A stretch of DNA of 64,000 nucleotides from Podospora anserina (lineage: Eukaryota). Location of the stretch: positions 2,542,001-2,606,000 of the forward strand of contig CM030332.1 in assembly GCA_017654855.1 (NCBI GenBank), read 5' to 3'. Positions 26,901 to 38,145 of this stretch are shown here, in pieces (the first letter of the stretch is position 1; every line of letters begins with the position of its first letter). The position numbers and the translations under genes were made by a program. Under the pieces are notes generated by a model. The model made no database searches, was not told where the DNA came from, and was given only the letters and a program-made list of their open reading frames with translations.

Positions 26901-27233
26901 CATTATCAGGGCGTCAGGGAGGAGGAAAGGTGGGGGGATGGGGGCACCGTTGGTGATTGATGGGGAGGGGGTGGAAGGGGCGGGGTTGGAGGAGTGGTTG
27001 GTTTATGGGGGGAGGGGAGGGAGGTGGTTGTACAGGGGATGGGGAAGAGGGGGGTTGTTTCGGTGGAGGATCCGAGGGGGGTGATGGAGGTTGCGAGGGG
27101 GGTTTTGGAGGCGAATTTTGTGGAGGGGGGGACGGGGGAGGTTAAGGAGGGGGGGTTGCCGCCGGTTAGTGAGAATATTGTTGTTGTTTTGAGGCAGTTG
27201 GGGAATGCGGCTTGGGCGGTGGGGTTTGGGTAG
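23998..27233 (+). CDS. Transcription factor with two C2H2 fingers, a Zn(II)2Cys6 cluster and a fungal TF middle domain; apparent 1-nt frameshift near the 3' end
   Basis: Spliced YQCAHCLRRYSRPEHLQRHIATH, FVCDICSKAFTRADLLKRHRTNH, CQACAKARVKCEEMKPCTRCKNRGITC. Introns 24382-24445, 24491-24558 and 24735-24794 (GC-AG). Confidence 0.9.
24250..24300 (+). repeat. (CAA)n poly-glutamine microsatellite in the TF N-terminus
   Basis: Run of CAA codons interrupted by two CTA; encodes QQQQQLQQQLQQQQQQQ. Confidence 0.9.
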
Positions 27234-27726
27234 TTGGAAGGGGGGGAGGGAGGGTGGATGCGGTTGAGGGGGCACCCTCTCTATAGATAATGAGTACAGG
27301 AAAAGTAGGTTGACCTATATTATATCATGAATTATGCCTCAATAGTAAATTAGTAGGCAGATTAGCTATCTTTGAAGGCCTAATGAATAACCTTCGAGGT
27401 ATGATTCACAATAGGAGACGGGTTAAACCTACCTTTATATGCCAATTGTTTAGCGGGGAGGGTACCTAAGTGGAAGGAAGGAACGGCAGACGGCAGGTGC
27501 AGTTGTGTCGTGCCTTCTTTGTTGATCTTTTCGGATCTCAAGACAGGAAGGCGCAAGGTGATATAGACAGTTTGATACCACAATTTTGCATAGGTAGGAA
27601 GGAGCATTTCATGTTAATAGCTTCCTTGAAAGGACGCTGAAAGGTATAATAGAAACAATTATTTATTAAGGCATAGGTACATACAAGTGCAAAATCATGT
27701 ATCATCACTGTAACATTCCATCTTGG

Positions 27727-28731
27727 TTAACGCCCACCACAGTCTCCTTCCCTCCTTCTCAGAAAATGCTCCAAAGAGGCGTTATCACTCCTCGCCCCTG
27801 CTAACCTCGCCCCCATCTCCTTCTGTAACACTTGGCCTAGAAACTGCTGGAGAAGTGACTCCAGCTCGGAAGTTTTGAATCGATGGTGGTGATTCCTACC
27901 GCGTATGGTGCGCAGTCTGGCTTTATTGATGGCGTCGATCTGCTTTCGCCGTTCTTGTTCGGATGGAGGGGGTACTCCGGCAGGTCTATCAGATGGGTCT
28001 ATCCCGATGATCACAGTCTGCTTCCCGTCGATTGCTATTGTCCTTCGGTGATCGGGCACAAAGGGTGTGTCCTCGTCATCTGTGTCGTCGTCCACGGCAT
28101 CCTTTCCATGCTCGGGCACATCCTCCTCATCCATCCGACAGTCAGGAACAAACGGCACATCCTCCTCATCCGTCTCGTCCTCTTCGTCCACTTTTCTTTG
28201 TGACAGGTGCACCCGCTCCTCCCACCACTCCTTCCATCCTTCTTCATCAATGCCCGCTTGATCTTGGGGGCCGTGTAGCGGGATGATCCTCTCCCATTGA
28301 AACAGCAACTCCTTCAGCCTGTCAATTCTCTCCGCTACCTGTTCTGCGGCAGATTGCCCCTCATCTGGCGGTACCCAGCCACAGCCATTCTTGAGGGTGA
28401 AGAAGTCGTCTAGATCTCGGAGGAGGGTGCAGGATCTGTTGTGGGGGAAGTAGAGGTTGAGTTCGAGGGCTGCGGTCCTCAGGTTGGAGGGGCTGAGGAG
28501 AGTTGAGGGTAGGGAGAGGGAGAAAGCCAGCGGGAGTGAGAGGAGGGAGTTGTAAGTTTGGTGGTGGAGGTGGGTGTGAAGTTGGGGTTTGGATTTTGGT
28601 CTGGGGAGGATTGTTGGCGGTGGCGGCGGCGGCGGTGGTGGTGTGGATGATGGCAAGGGAGAGTGTAATAATGGAGAGGGTGGTAAGGGAGGGTAAATTG
28701 TGAGCTTTGGTAGGGGAGGGTGGATTATCAT
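27727..28731 (-). CDS. Hypothetical protein, Pro-rich N-terminus, duplicated acidic motif
   Basis: 334-aa ATG-initiated ORF filling the space between two genes; no recognised domain. Confidence 0.6.
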   Translation of the reverse strand: MIIHPPLPKLTIYPPLPPSPLLHSPLPSSTPPPPPPPPPTILPRPKSKPQLHTHLHHQTYNSLLSLPLAFSLSLPSTLLSPSNLRTAALELNLYFPHNRSCTLLRDLDDFFTLKNGCGWVPPDEGQSAAEQVAERIDRLKELLFQWERIIPLHGPQDQAGIDEEGWKEWWEERVHLSQRKVDEEDETDEEDVPFVPDCRMDEEDVPEHGKDAVDDDTDDEDTPFVPDHRRTIAIDGKQTVIIGIDPSDRPAGVPPPSEQERRKQIDAINKARLRTIRGRNHHHRFKTSELESLLQQFLGQVLQKEMGARLAGARSDNASLEHFLRRREGDCGGR

Positions 28732-30337
28732 GTTTGGTTGCTGTTACGGACGAGTACTGGAAATAAAAATAACAAAGGTCAGCTCTGTATGAGGTGACTA
28801 GGTAAGGAGGCAGCTCAGCCTTATAAGAACAGCAAGGGGCTTCAAGAGCCTCACTCGAGAAACACAGAGGCAGAGGTAAACGAGCGGACGATCTCAAACC
28901 GATCAGGCAAACAACGCCCGCGAAAGAGATACAGATTGGGGAATAAGATGGACATTGTTGATCGCTATTTGCTGAACACGAAGAAAAGCAGCTCGTGACT
29001 CGAGCCTCCAGACCCGTAAGGCTGATCTGGAATGGGGACGCAATCTTTAAAGTTCTCACCTGAAACACAGAACGAACGGTGAACAGCTGGCGGTATATTG
29101 TCAGCCAACAACGTCGGCAGATGCATTGCTGGCTATCATTGCCACTCGGAGCGGTGTTATACGGCGACGTATCAAAGCCGTTCCCGGCGGTGTGGTTGAC
29201 GGATGCCTCACTGAGGCAAGCTGGGGTGGGGAGCTGCCTCGTTTCAGATGCTGAGTTACACGAACCGTCAAAGAGGCATTGGAATTATCGAGAGGGGTTA
29301 AGTATTTTCGTGAGGCTTGAAGGTGTTGGTGATATCATCTGCGGGGCATACGGATACAAATCCCGCCAGGATGTCAAGCTCGTCACTCGAACCCCAAGCC
29401 TTGGGCAAGGTCCAGACTGGTTGTTGAATCGCACCTCTTGGCAGATTCCAGTTCGACATGAGTGCCAAGTCGTCCCAACCCTCTTCAGGATGAAGCTGTC
29501 ATCCGAAACGTCAATCCCTGCTTCCAATGTGGGGCTGGTGCTCATCCTGAAACGAAACGGGTTGCGGGGCATCCACAATAGACTTGATAATAAGTAGCAT
29601 GAAGTTTGTCTTTCTCTGACAAACTGCAACCCGTGAGTCAACTGGTGATAAAAAGGTGGACTGAAGTGGATGAGATACCATAATATCGATGTCCTTTATG
29701 TAAAAATAAGACCGCACAAACCGAGGGGGAAGCCATATATTTGATATGTAGACGTAAAATGCGGGGTCATCCTTCCTGGCTTAGACACTTACACATTTGC
29801 CGTGTCAACCAGGAAGCAAGTAAACAAAACACCGCGACACGCATGAACAACAATAACCCATTGAAATCTTGATGACCCCTGACAATTTCCTAAACCAGAC
29901 TTGACTGGCAACGCGTCGAACTTCACGCGCGGTGCGGCTTGTGGATGGGATGGGTAGGTAAGGTGGGGAGGAGGCACCAAAGCTTATGGCAATACGGACT
30001 ACGGAGTGTATATAGCCTGGAGTTACACAACCCACCACACCATGAACTGTTTAAATAGGCATTTTCAATTGGCTACCTAGCATCTTTGACCCCCCTCCCC
30101 GAGCTTTTGGCATCTTCCATCTGTTGTCGACGAGGTGCCTGCCAAGACATTGAAGTGCCCCTTCCCTGTGCATTCACCCTGTACTTTCCTGCATCCTGGA
30201 ATCCTGGCCTTCCCACGTTCGGGACCCGCTCCCTTTATTTTCGACTCTTTCGGTCTCTGTTGGCTTCTTCTCTCCCAAACACCTCATCCTCTTTGCATCC
30301 ACATTTCTTTCCAATCGACGCGTCCCAATCAGCAAAT

Positions 30338-32041
30338 ATGGCGCTTCAGGCTGCGTACAAGCAGTTTCTAGCTGCACCAACCCCGACTGTGCTCGCGCAA
30401 GACGCGTCTCTGCACTACATTACCTCGACGACGAGCTTCAACGGTCCCGATAGCATTATCAAGCACTTTTCGACCTTCCGCAACCAGAGCAAGAAGAAGA
30501 AGGAAGACGTGCTTTTCGTTATCGAGGGGCAGAACGCCGTGGTCCTGGAGGCTGAGCTTGTCATCGAATTTATTTCCAGCGGCGGCCCGTATCTGCCTGG
30601 ATTGGACGACAACTTCCTTGCCGACCGGACTGTGTCTTTTGCCGTTACCCACATCGTCTTGTTCGATGCCGACGGCAAGATTCTCCAGATCCGCCAGAAC
30701 TGGGACCAAGGGTCGCTGCTGAAGCAACTCGACGTTATTGGCAAGTCAGGTCGCAACTGGCCCATTCGCGATGGCAAGGACCAGGTCAGCTTGATTGCGA
30801 AATGCGTCAAGGGAGGCGGAGCTCCTGGGTTTACTACTGATCTTCCCATGCATAACCGCACCAAGTCGACCAACCCTCTCCGCGATCCTCACGCCTCCTT
30901 GGCTTTGTTCGCCCCGCGCGAGGAGCAGGAAGAGGTTACCGTCGTCTCTCCCTATGCTGGCCGCAGACCTACCCAGCGTTCCTTTACCGAAATTCTGGGC
31001 GACGAGCCTGAGGAGCCCGCTTCCCCCAGCAACGGCCGCGAGCGTTCTGCGTCTCCAAGCAAGGCCAAGGCCGGGGTTAGCAAGAACTTCCAAGCTGTCC
31101 GCCTTTTTGACCGCGACGATGATACCGCCGAGGCCGACACGCCCGAGAACGGCAGATCGCCCGAACGTGTCATCCGCCCGAACCCAAAGAAGTACCAACA
31201 CTTCGACTTTGATGACGGCCACTCTCAGGAGGCCCCGAAGCCCGCTCCTGCTCCCGCAAAGAGCTCCAAGCATGGTGCTTCGTGGGGCTTTGAGGACTTC
31301 GTAACGCCACAAAAGCCGACAGCATCCCGCACCTTGCACAAGGCCCGGGAAGCTCGCAATTGGTCTACTGAAGATGCCATTACTGAGGAGCAACCTGCCC
31401 CCAAGGCCCAGCAGGCCAAGGGCCGCATTACTGCCGAGGCTCACTTTGACTTTGTCGACGACGGTGAGACGCCAGCTGGCGGTCGGTTCCGCGGCCCACC
31501 CCGTGGTAGGGGTCAGAATGAAGGACAGCACCTCTACGAAATGAACCTGTACAAGGAGGACGGCAGTGCGCCGACCCCAGGTCCTGCTCCTCTCGGCAAT
31601 ATTACAAACCAAGCCGGACGCCACAAGTCATTCGATCCTCACTTTGAGATGACGGACGAGTCTCCTCGGGATAGCAACGACGGCAAAGACAAGGCTGAGA
31701 AGCTCGGTGATGACAGGAAGAAGGCAGTGCGCATGATGGAGAGCAACTGGGAGACCTATGATGTTTCGCCCGCTGCCCTGAAGGAGAACAACAACCCCAA
31801 TGGCAAGACGAGAGGAATTGTCACAGCCGGTGATGGCATGGGCAATAAGAAGGGCGGTTGGGGCTTGGCCGAGAAGAAAGAGCGCGGCATCAACACTGCT
31901 GGCGACGGGATGGGTGGCAGAAAAGGTGCTGGCCGCGGGTGGGCGCTGGGTGACGAGAGCGACGAGGACGCGCCAACTCAGCCCCAGAAAAAGGGCGGCC
32001 GTGGGCCTCCTGCCAAGGCGGAGAGCTTCTGGGACTTTTAA
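30338..32041 (+). CDS. Conserved fungal protein with NTF2-like N-terminal domain and long disordered tail
   Basis: Start MALQAAYKQFL (ATG 30338); GPYLPGLDDNFLADRTV, HIVLFDADGKILQIRQNWDQGSLLKQ fits an NTF2/SnoaL-type fold; good codon bias. Confidence 0.8.
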   Translation: MALQAAYKQFLAAPTPTVLAQDASLHYITSTTSFNGPDSIIKHFSTFRNQSKKKKEDVLFVIEGQNAVVLEAELVIEFISSGGPYLPGLDDNFLADRTVSFAVTHIVLFDADGKILQIRQNWDQGSLLKQLDVIGKSGRNWPIRDGKDQVSLIAKCVKGGGAPGFTTDLPMHNRTKSTNPLRDPHASLALFAPREEQEEVTVVSPYAGRRPTQRSFTEILGDEPEEPASPSNGRERSASPSKAKAGVSKNFQAVRLFDRDDDTAEADTPENGRSPERVIRPNPKKYQHFDFDDGHSQEAPKPAPAPAKSSKHGASWGFEDFVTPQKPTASRTLHKAREARNWSTEDAITEEQPAPKAQQAKGRITAEAHFDFVDDGETPAGGRFRGPPRGRGQNEGQHLYEMNLYKEDGSAPTPGPAPLGNITNQAGRHKSFDPHFEMTDESPRDSNDGKDKAEKLGDDRKKAVRMMESNWETYDVSPAALKENNNPNGKTRGIVTAGDGMGNKKGGWGLAEKKERGINTAGDGMGGRKGAGRGWALGDESDEDAPTQPQKKGGRGPPAKAESFWDF

Positions 32042-32663
32042 GAACGGATTTCGCATTTTTTTGATCATGATCAGTCCACTTTCATGTCAAGAAAGACAGC
32101 TTGTACATCTACTGGGAGGTCCTTTTTACAGAGCATGCTCTGTTTCTTTTTTCTGTGTGAGGCTCGTCGATGTTTCCTGGGCGTTTTTGCCAGTTGACGG
32201 AGTATCAAGAGCGTGGAGGGAAGGGTTATAAAAATGGAACCCTGGGATTTTTATGTTATGATTGATTGTTGTTATGCTTTAACTGGCCTGGATGAGGATA
32301 GGAAGAAGGAACAGGGATATGTTTGTTAGGTTACCAGGTAGTGTAAACTGATTTCAACCGAAGAGAGACTTTTACTTGACTTGCCGGTGATGTTTTCTCT
32401 CAGGGCTAATGGCGTGCTGTTGCGAACTTGTTCAGATCAGTCTATAGACTATCTGCCACAACTAAGGAGAGGTTTCAGAAATTTGGGTTTGAGCAATTCG
32501 AAGTGTCTTTGAATGCTATATATTAAAAATGATCCAGCCACCCTCCTGAAAAGAGAACAACCCGCCATGTGTAAAATAACGTCAAGCTTTTATACGCGAG
32601 GCGCGAGCATCATATATCTCATTCCCCCTCGCGCTCGCTGCCCTTTGCCCTTTCCTTTCCACA

Positions 32664-34838
32664 TCAACACAAATACCTATAAACCCTCTTCCACCTCGGC
32701 ATCCCTCTCAACTCCCTCTCCCTCTCCCACTCCAACTCCTGCTTCGTCGACAACGAAAAAACAGGCAAACCCCTTGCCCTCGCACCACCACCACCACCAG
32801 CAGAATGACTGTTCCAGTACACCACCCCTGCCTTCCTCCTCCCCGTATCAAGATCGATATCCTCCAGCCTCACCACCTTGGTCCTAAACCAGATCTTGTA
32901 TCCCGCCCAGAAGAGGACAATGATCGGCACGCAACTGCATTGCAAAAAAAAGTTGTGCACCACGTCGCCCTGGTTGTTGATCGTCACCCCGCTGCCGTTT
33001 CCCGTCGGGACAGTCGGGACGACGCGGCGGGCTCCTTCGGGTGCGGTGGAAAACTCGTCGACCGCGTCTGGGTCGGGGAGAGTAGGGGGGATGGGCCAGG
33101 CGGCCGTCCAGAACTGGGCGATGAGCACCAATATGTTGAGGAACAGTCCGATCCAGGAGCCAGTTACACCTGCCTGGGAGAGGTAGGAGAGTTCGTCGAG
33201 TGAGCGCCCCTGGACGGCCCAGGCTTTCCGGAAGCGGATGTGCGCCAGGCAGATGGAGGCCCATGTGAAGATTGAGGAGAGGCCGGTGGCGGCCAGGAGC
33301 CAGTTGAGCACCTCGGAGGGTTGGTCCAGGTCGGCTAGGTACCCCAGTAATCCAAAGGCGCTGACGATGAGGATTGATATAAGGGGACGCCCGTGGCGGT
33401 CGACGTACCCGAATATTTTGGGAGCTTGTCCCTGATCTGCGAGAGCGGCCAACGTCCGGGAGGAGCCGAACACGGCCGAGTTGCCCACGGATACCACCGC
33501 CACGAGGATCACCGCGTTCATGATACCAGGGAGGATGGCGATGCCAGCTGATTCGATCGCGATGACAAAAGGGGAGGAGGACGCATCGGCAAAAGATTCC
33601 GCTCCCAAGAGATCGGGGTGGTTGTAGGGAACCAAAAGTCCCACAAGCGCGAGAGAGATGAGATAAAACAGTGTGATCCGCCAAAAGACCTGCTTGATAG
33701 CCGTGGGGAGCGATTTCCTCGGGTTGATCGCTTCTGCAGCCGCCAAACCAACCAACTCGATCCCCGTAAAGGCAAACGCCGCCGCGACGAAGATGGTGCA
33801 GAACCCCTTGAACCCATTGTTGAACGCGCCGGGATCTTTCCAATACCTCCCTCCTATGTAGCCCTCGTCGGGGAACCCGCCAATGTTGATGACACATCCC
33901 AAGAGGATAAACCCTATAATTGCGATGACTTTCAGGATGGAGAAACAGAACTCTGCTTCGCCGTACCCTCTGACGCCGACGAGGTTTATCACCACGATGG
34001 CGACGAGGAAGACTGTGACAAAGACGGATCGGTGGATGTCCTCCCTCCAGTAGTTGACCGTCATGCTTCCCGCAATGATCTCAAGCGGCAGACAAACCAG
34101 CCACTGGAGGGCGTAATTCCACCCCATCGAGAATCCCAGGGCCGGATCGAGGAAGCGGGTCGAGTAAGCCGAGAAACTGCCAGCGACGGGGAAGGCGACG
34201 GCGAGCTCGCCGAGCGCTTGCATGGTGCAGTAGAGCATGCCACCGATGAAGGCATATGCCAACAGCATCGAGGCCGGGCCGCCAGCAGTGAGCGTCGAGC
34301 CCGACACGACAAAGAGGCCGGTTCCTGTTGCCCATCACACATTAGCCCCTATTCTATTTTTAAACAACAACAAAAGAGAAACCATACCAACCGTCCCCCC
34401 CAAAGCAATCATCTGCAAATGCCTCCCCTTCAGCTCCCTCGAAAGCTGCGTATTCGCCGTGTTGACGTTAGCAGCGTGCAAATCAAAGTAATGCCCTCCG
34501 ATATGCCTCTCCTTTTCCTCTCTACTACTACCACCACCACCACTATTACCACCTCCTCGCGAGCTACCCCCTGCTATCGTCGACGACCGTTTACTGCTTC
34601 CCACGCCGTGAACCACCGTTGCGGGTGTGATCCTCCTTCCGGGATCCCTCCGAAAGGAGTTAACCCAGCTCTGTACATAGTGCGAAGGTGTGTGCGAGTG
34701 GGCGGTGGTGCTGTTGCTGTCGTCGTCGTCTTCGGGGTAGCTAGAGAGGAAGTCACGGCGGAGGAGGCTGCTGCGTTGGCCACCGCTTGTGTTGAGCGTT
34801 GTGGCGGTGGAGGGGTGTGGAGTGTTTGGTTTTGGCAT
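32664..34838 (-). CDS. Amino acid permease (YAT/APC family, GAP1-like)
   Basis: LKGRHLQMIALGGTVGTGLF across intron 34325-34387; GEAEF, AFAFTGIELVGLAAAE, AIKQVFWRI. Confidence 0.93.
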
Positions 34839-35163
34839 TTCTTAGGTATATAAGGATATTAAAAGCCAACAAAAGAGATTTATGGTTGATTATGGAGAGA
34901 CATGCTACGTCGAAAGGGGTGCCCAAGATAGAGTTGCGATGATGGCGTATGGGTCGCACATCGAGGTCCAAGAGGGAGGGGTGGGTGTACGATGGGAGCT
35001 TCTGACAAAGTCTATTGGTGTTTGATGTTCAGGAAGAATATGAACAGCAGATGATCAACTCGATAGGTAGTGTGACGGTGCCGTGAGCTGTCAAAGCTTT
35101 GTGGCTATCTGCCGCGGAAGAATATTCCTCGTGATAAACTCTCGTCTCGCTCTCCCAGGGAGA

Positions 35164-35199
35164 AATCTCGGGAATCCATATACAATCTCGGGAATCCAT
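35164..35199. repeat. 16-bp perfect direct repeat upstream of the permease
   Basis: AATCTCGGGAATCCAT at 35164-35179 and 35184-35199. Confidence 0.85.
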
Positions 35200-35889
35200 T
35201 TCTGCTCGAAAGAGTGAGAAGCCTTGAGGCGTTCCCCGTCTGTCAAGTTTCGCAGCATGCACACGCATTGAACCCTTCACCGTAATTGGCAACAAGGAGA
35301 AGCCCTGGCAGCAACAAGAATCCCTCGTGGGGTGCGAAAAAATGTCCATGTATGTTTCGGAGAGAGAAGAAAACCCCCAGATTCGCTGAGGAGGCATAAC
35401 AACAGGCCGGTAGTTCAACCCTCAAAAGAACATGTGTGGATGATTTTCAGCAGGGATCCTACTAGCTACCCGCTGCAGCCGCTTTGGCGCCCGCTGTGGA
35501 TTCTATGGAGAATTCTCCACCGATTCCCATCTCCATCGATTTCCATCTCCATCGGAGTTCAAGTGGGTTCTTCGCCATCCATCTCCTTAATGCCCTATCG
35601 CCCGTGCTGCCTCGTGCTTGTCCGTGCCACCCCGTGGAGCTTTCCCTAGCCACCTCATGACATAGCTTCCGCCGCATGAGATCTTCAACCATTGATCTCT
35701 ATCTGTGCCATCGAGAGGAATCAAAAACCTGGGAGAAACAAGCCGCTTCAACTTCATACAACATAACGTATCACCGTATCTGTACAGTGGTAAGTGGATA
35801 TATATAGGACCATCACCTCCGCTATCCTGCCACGCCTATCATGATCCAAAGAAGAAGAGAAACAGGTCGCCATCGGTATCATTCACAGA

Positions 35890-38145
35890 CTATTCCACAA
35901 TCTTCCCTGCCGCATCCCGAGGCTTCCTCTTCCACCCCGTGGAAAACAACGGCCCCATATCGAATCTTGGGAAAGGATGCGCCTCCGTATTGAAAACAAT
36001 CTTGTCGAGCGGTAGTAGGTCATTCGGCGAGAACAGCAAGTAAAAGTACTTGAGCGTCTCCGCCAGCCAGAAACTCTCCATATTGTCCCTCGTCCGAGGA
36101 GGGATGATGTTGGCATTGGACAAGCTAGTGAACCCGCCGCCATCCTCGACCGCTGTGTAGTTCATGAAGCTCTTGAACATCTCCCAGCCCCAATCACGAT
36201 ACTTTTCCTCGCCGGTGATTCGCCACATGTAGAACAGACTCTCGACCGTCTCTGGGCGCTGCAGGTTATGACTGTCTTGCGGCTTCACGTCAAAATCCTT
36301 GCGCCACTCGGCCTCCGGATCGGGGTCGAATTCGGCGGGCGCCTGGTGGGGAGCCGATGCCGGAAGTGGTTCCTTGGGCAGGTTGAAGTAAGTAATCTCA
36401 GCGGCAAGGCCGGTCGCCATGTACTTGTACATGCCCCAGCACGTGTGCATAAGTTCCCGTGCGAGCTGCATATCGGCCTCATTCTTGTCGGTCCATGTGG
36501 GCAAGCCCCTGGCCTCCTTTTCGGTCAGCCCACCCGTGGCCGCCAGAGCAATTGTTCCGGGCATAAAGCAGACGAGGTGGTCCATCTTGGGTGAAAGTTC
36601 ATTGCTCAACCCGCTTGGGCGCTCGCCAATGATGGTAAACTGCGACGGCTCCGTGTAAGTGATCAGGTGTTTCCGGACGCCCTGCAGCGCCTCATCCCAC
36701 ATCTCCTGATAAATTGGCTCCTTCTTGTTGGTCTGCAAATACTGCTTGATGAGATATTCGTAGTACGAGTCGCCACGACTGCCCAATCTGATGTTCTCGC
36801 CATGAAATTTGCCCGTTGTAGCAAAGATGAAAATGGGCACCAATCCATCCTGGGCGCCATTGTCGTCCACCAGCTGGATGACCTTCTCCGCCTTGTCCCA
36901 GAAATCCTTCTCGCCCGTTAGTTTCGCGAGATACTTGAACTCGAGCTGCAGAGTCGTTGTCTCGGCCGTGGATGAAGCACCCGAGTCAGCATGTGAAATA
37001 ATGCCCTTAAACTCTTTCAAGTTGACACTGGCGTATGGAATCCCAGAAGGCGAGTCAAATGCAGCCATCAGTCTGTCAGCCAAGTCCTTCGCCTTCTCCA
37101 AGTACAAATCCTCCCCAGGCTTCCCAGGGTCGTCATCTGAAATGGGCGCCAACTGTGGAAACGTGGTCGAGAGGTAATGCGCCGAAAGTAACCCTCCCAA
37201 CATGCGAATCGTCGTCTCAAACGTGTTCACATACTCATCCTGCTCCCACGTCAAATCCTTCGCCAACCACTCCCTTGCATGCGATAACCGGCTGGTCAAG
37301 TTCATCAACATGAGCGTATCCAACGAATCAATGATAATCCACCCCAACCCCTTCGGCACCATCTGCTTCCCCGTCTTGGACTCCGGATGAAACTCGTCCA
37401 TCCCCCAAGCATACCTCTCATACGCATCCCAACTCAACTCCATAGCCTCCACCACCCTCTCCCTCCTCTTCAACCAATTCGCCCTACTCCTCCCCGTATC
37501 CTGTCCCCACCACCCCCATCCGCTCACAACCGCACCCTCCTGCTCCCCAGAAAACACACCCGACCACCAAACTAACCCAGCCACAACAAGCAACAACAAC
37601 CCCAACGTCCTCTTCCTCCTAGGTCTGAATCCCCCTCCTCCCCCACCATAGCCGCCCCGTCCTGGGGGGTACATATACGGCTTATCTTTATACATCGGCA
37701 ACGCAGCACGATTGCCCCCCGAAATGATATCTTGCACCCCGCTCAAAATATTCCCCGGCTTGCTATTCTTGTTTGTAGCCGCGGCCCATAAGCGGTCTTC
37801 GTACTGGCGTTGTGGGTTGCTAAAGGAAGGGACATTTTTTGGTATCGAGAAGGAAGACATATCCTCTTCTTGATCTCCAACGCCCGGTTCGGAGGAGAAT
37901 CGTATCTCGGTTGTGTTCGTGGGTGTGTTCGTTGTCGGCAAAAGGGAGGTACTAGCTTCCAGCACCTCGCTCGCCTTGTCGCGAAGGCGCTCGGTCTCGG
38001 CGGCGGCGGTTCGGATTACGTTTTGGAGGGTGGTGGTGATGTTACTGGTGTCGTGGGTGGTGGTGTTTCTCTTTGGTCTCCAGTTGGCAGTGGGATCCCG
38101 ATTCAGACCGCGGATGTTAAATGGGTCTCGAACGTTCATAGGCAA
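35890..38145 (-). CDS. MNS1: ER mannosyl-oligosaccharide alpha-1,2-mannosidase (GH47), type II membrane protein
   Basis: TM segment after RPRRKR; FETTIRMLGGLLSA, GSRGDSYYEYLIKQ, QRPETVES, MESFWLAETLKY, FNTEAHP. Confidence 0.94.
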   Translation of the reverse strand: MPMNVRDPFNIRGLNRDPTANWRPKRNTTTHDTSNITTTLQNVIRTAAAETERLRDKASEVLEASTSLLPTTNTPTNTTEIRFSSEPGVGDQEEDMSSFSIPKNVPSFSNPQRQYEDRLWAAATNKNSKPGNILSGVQDIISGGNRAALPMYKDKPYMYPPGRGGYGGGGGGFRPRRKRTLGLLLLVVAGLVWWSGVFSGEQEGAVVSGWGWWGQDTGRSRANWLKRRERVVEAMELSWDAYERYAWGMDEFHPESKTGKQMVPKGLGWIIIDSLDTLMLMNLTSRLSHAREWLAKDLTWEQDEYVNTFETTIRMLGGLLSAHYLSTTFPQLAPISDDDPGKPGEDLYLEKAKDLADRLMAAFDSPSGIPYASVNLKEFKGIISHADSGASSTAETTTLQLEFKYLAKLTGEKDFWDKAEKVIQLVDDNGAQDGLVPIFIFATTGKFHGENIRLGSRGDSYYEYLIKQYLQTNKKEPIYQEMWDEALQGVRKHLITYTEPSQFTIIGERPSGLSNELSPKMDHLVCFMPGTIALAATGGLTEKEARGLPTWTDKNEADMQLARELMHTCWGMYKYMATGLAAEITYFNLPKEPLPASAPHQAPAEFDPDPEAEWRKDFDVKPQDSHNLQRPETVESLFYMWRITGEEKYRDWGWEMFKSFMNYTAVEDGGGFTSLSNANIIPPRTRDNMESFWLAETLKYFYLLFSPNDLLPLDKIVFNTEAHPFPRFDMGPLFSTGWKRKPRDAAGKIVE

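Noticed and set aside
10610-27233. Secondary-metabolite cluster (CoA ligase + MFS + TF)
   Set aside because: No PKS, NRPS or terpene backbone gene; interrupted by ATP11 and an NLR. Only the divergent MFS/TF pair might be co-regulated.
28900-29720. 172-aa and 118-aa overlapping ORFs
   Set aside because: Non-ATG starts, no motifs, no coding bias.
33618-34853. 411-aa + strand ORF (likewise 46682-47968, 41377-42258, 6227-6940, 30746-31624)
   Set aside because: Antisense shadows of well-supported genes with biased codon usage; no domains.
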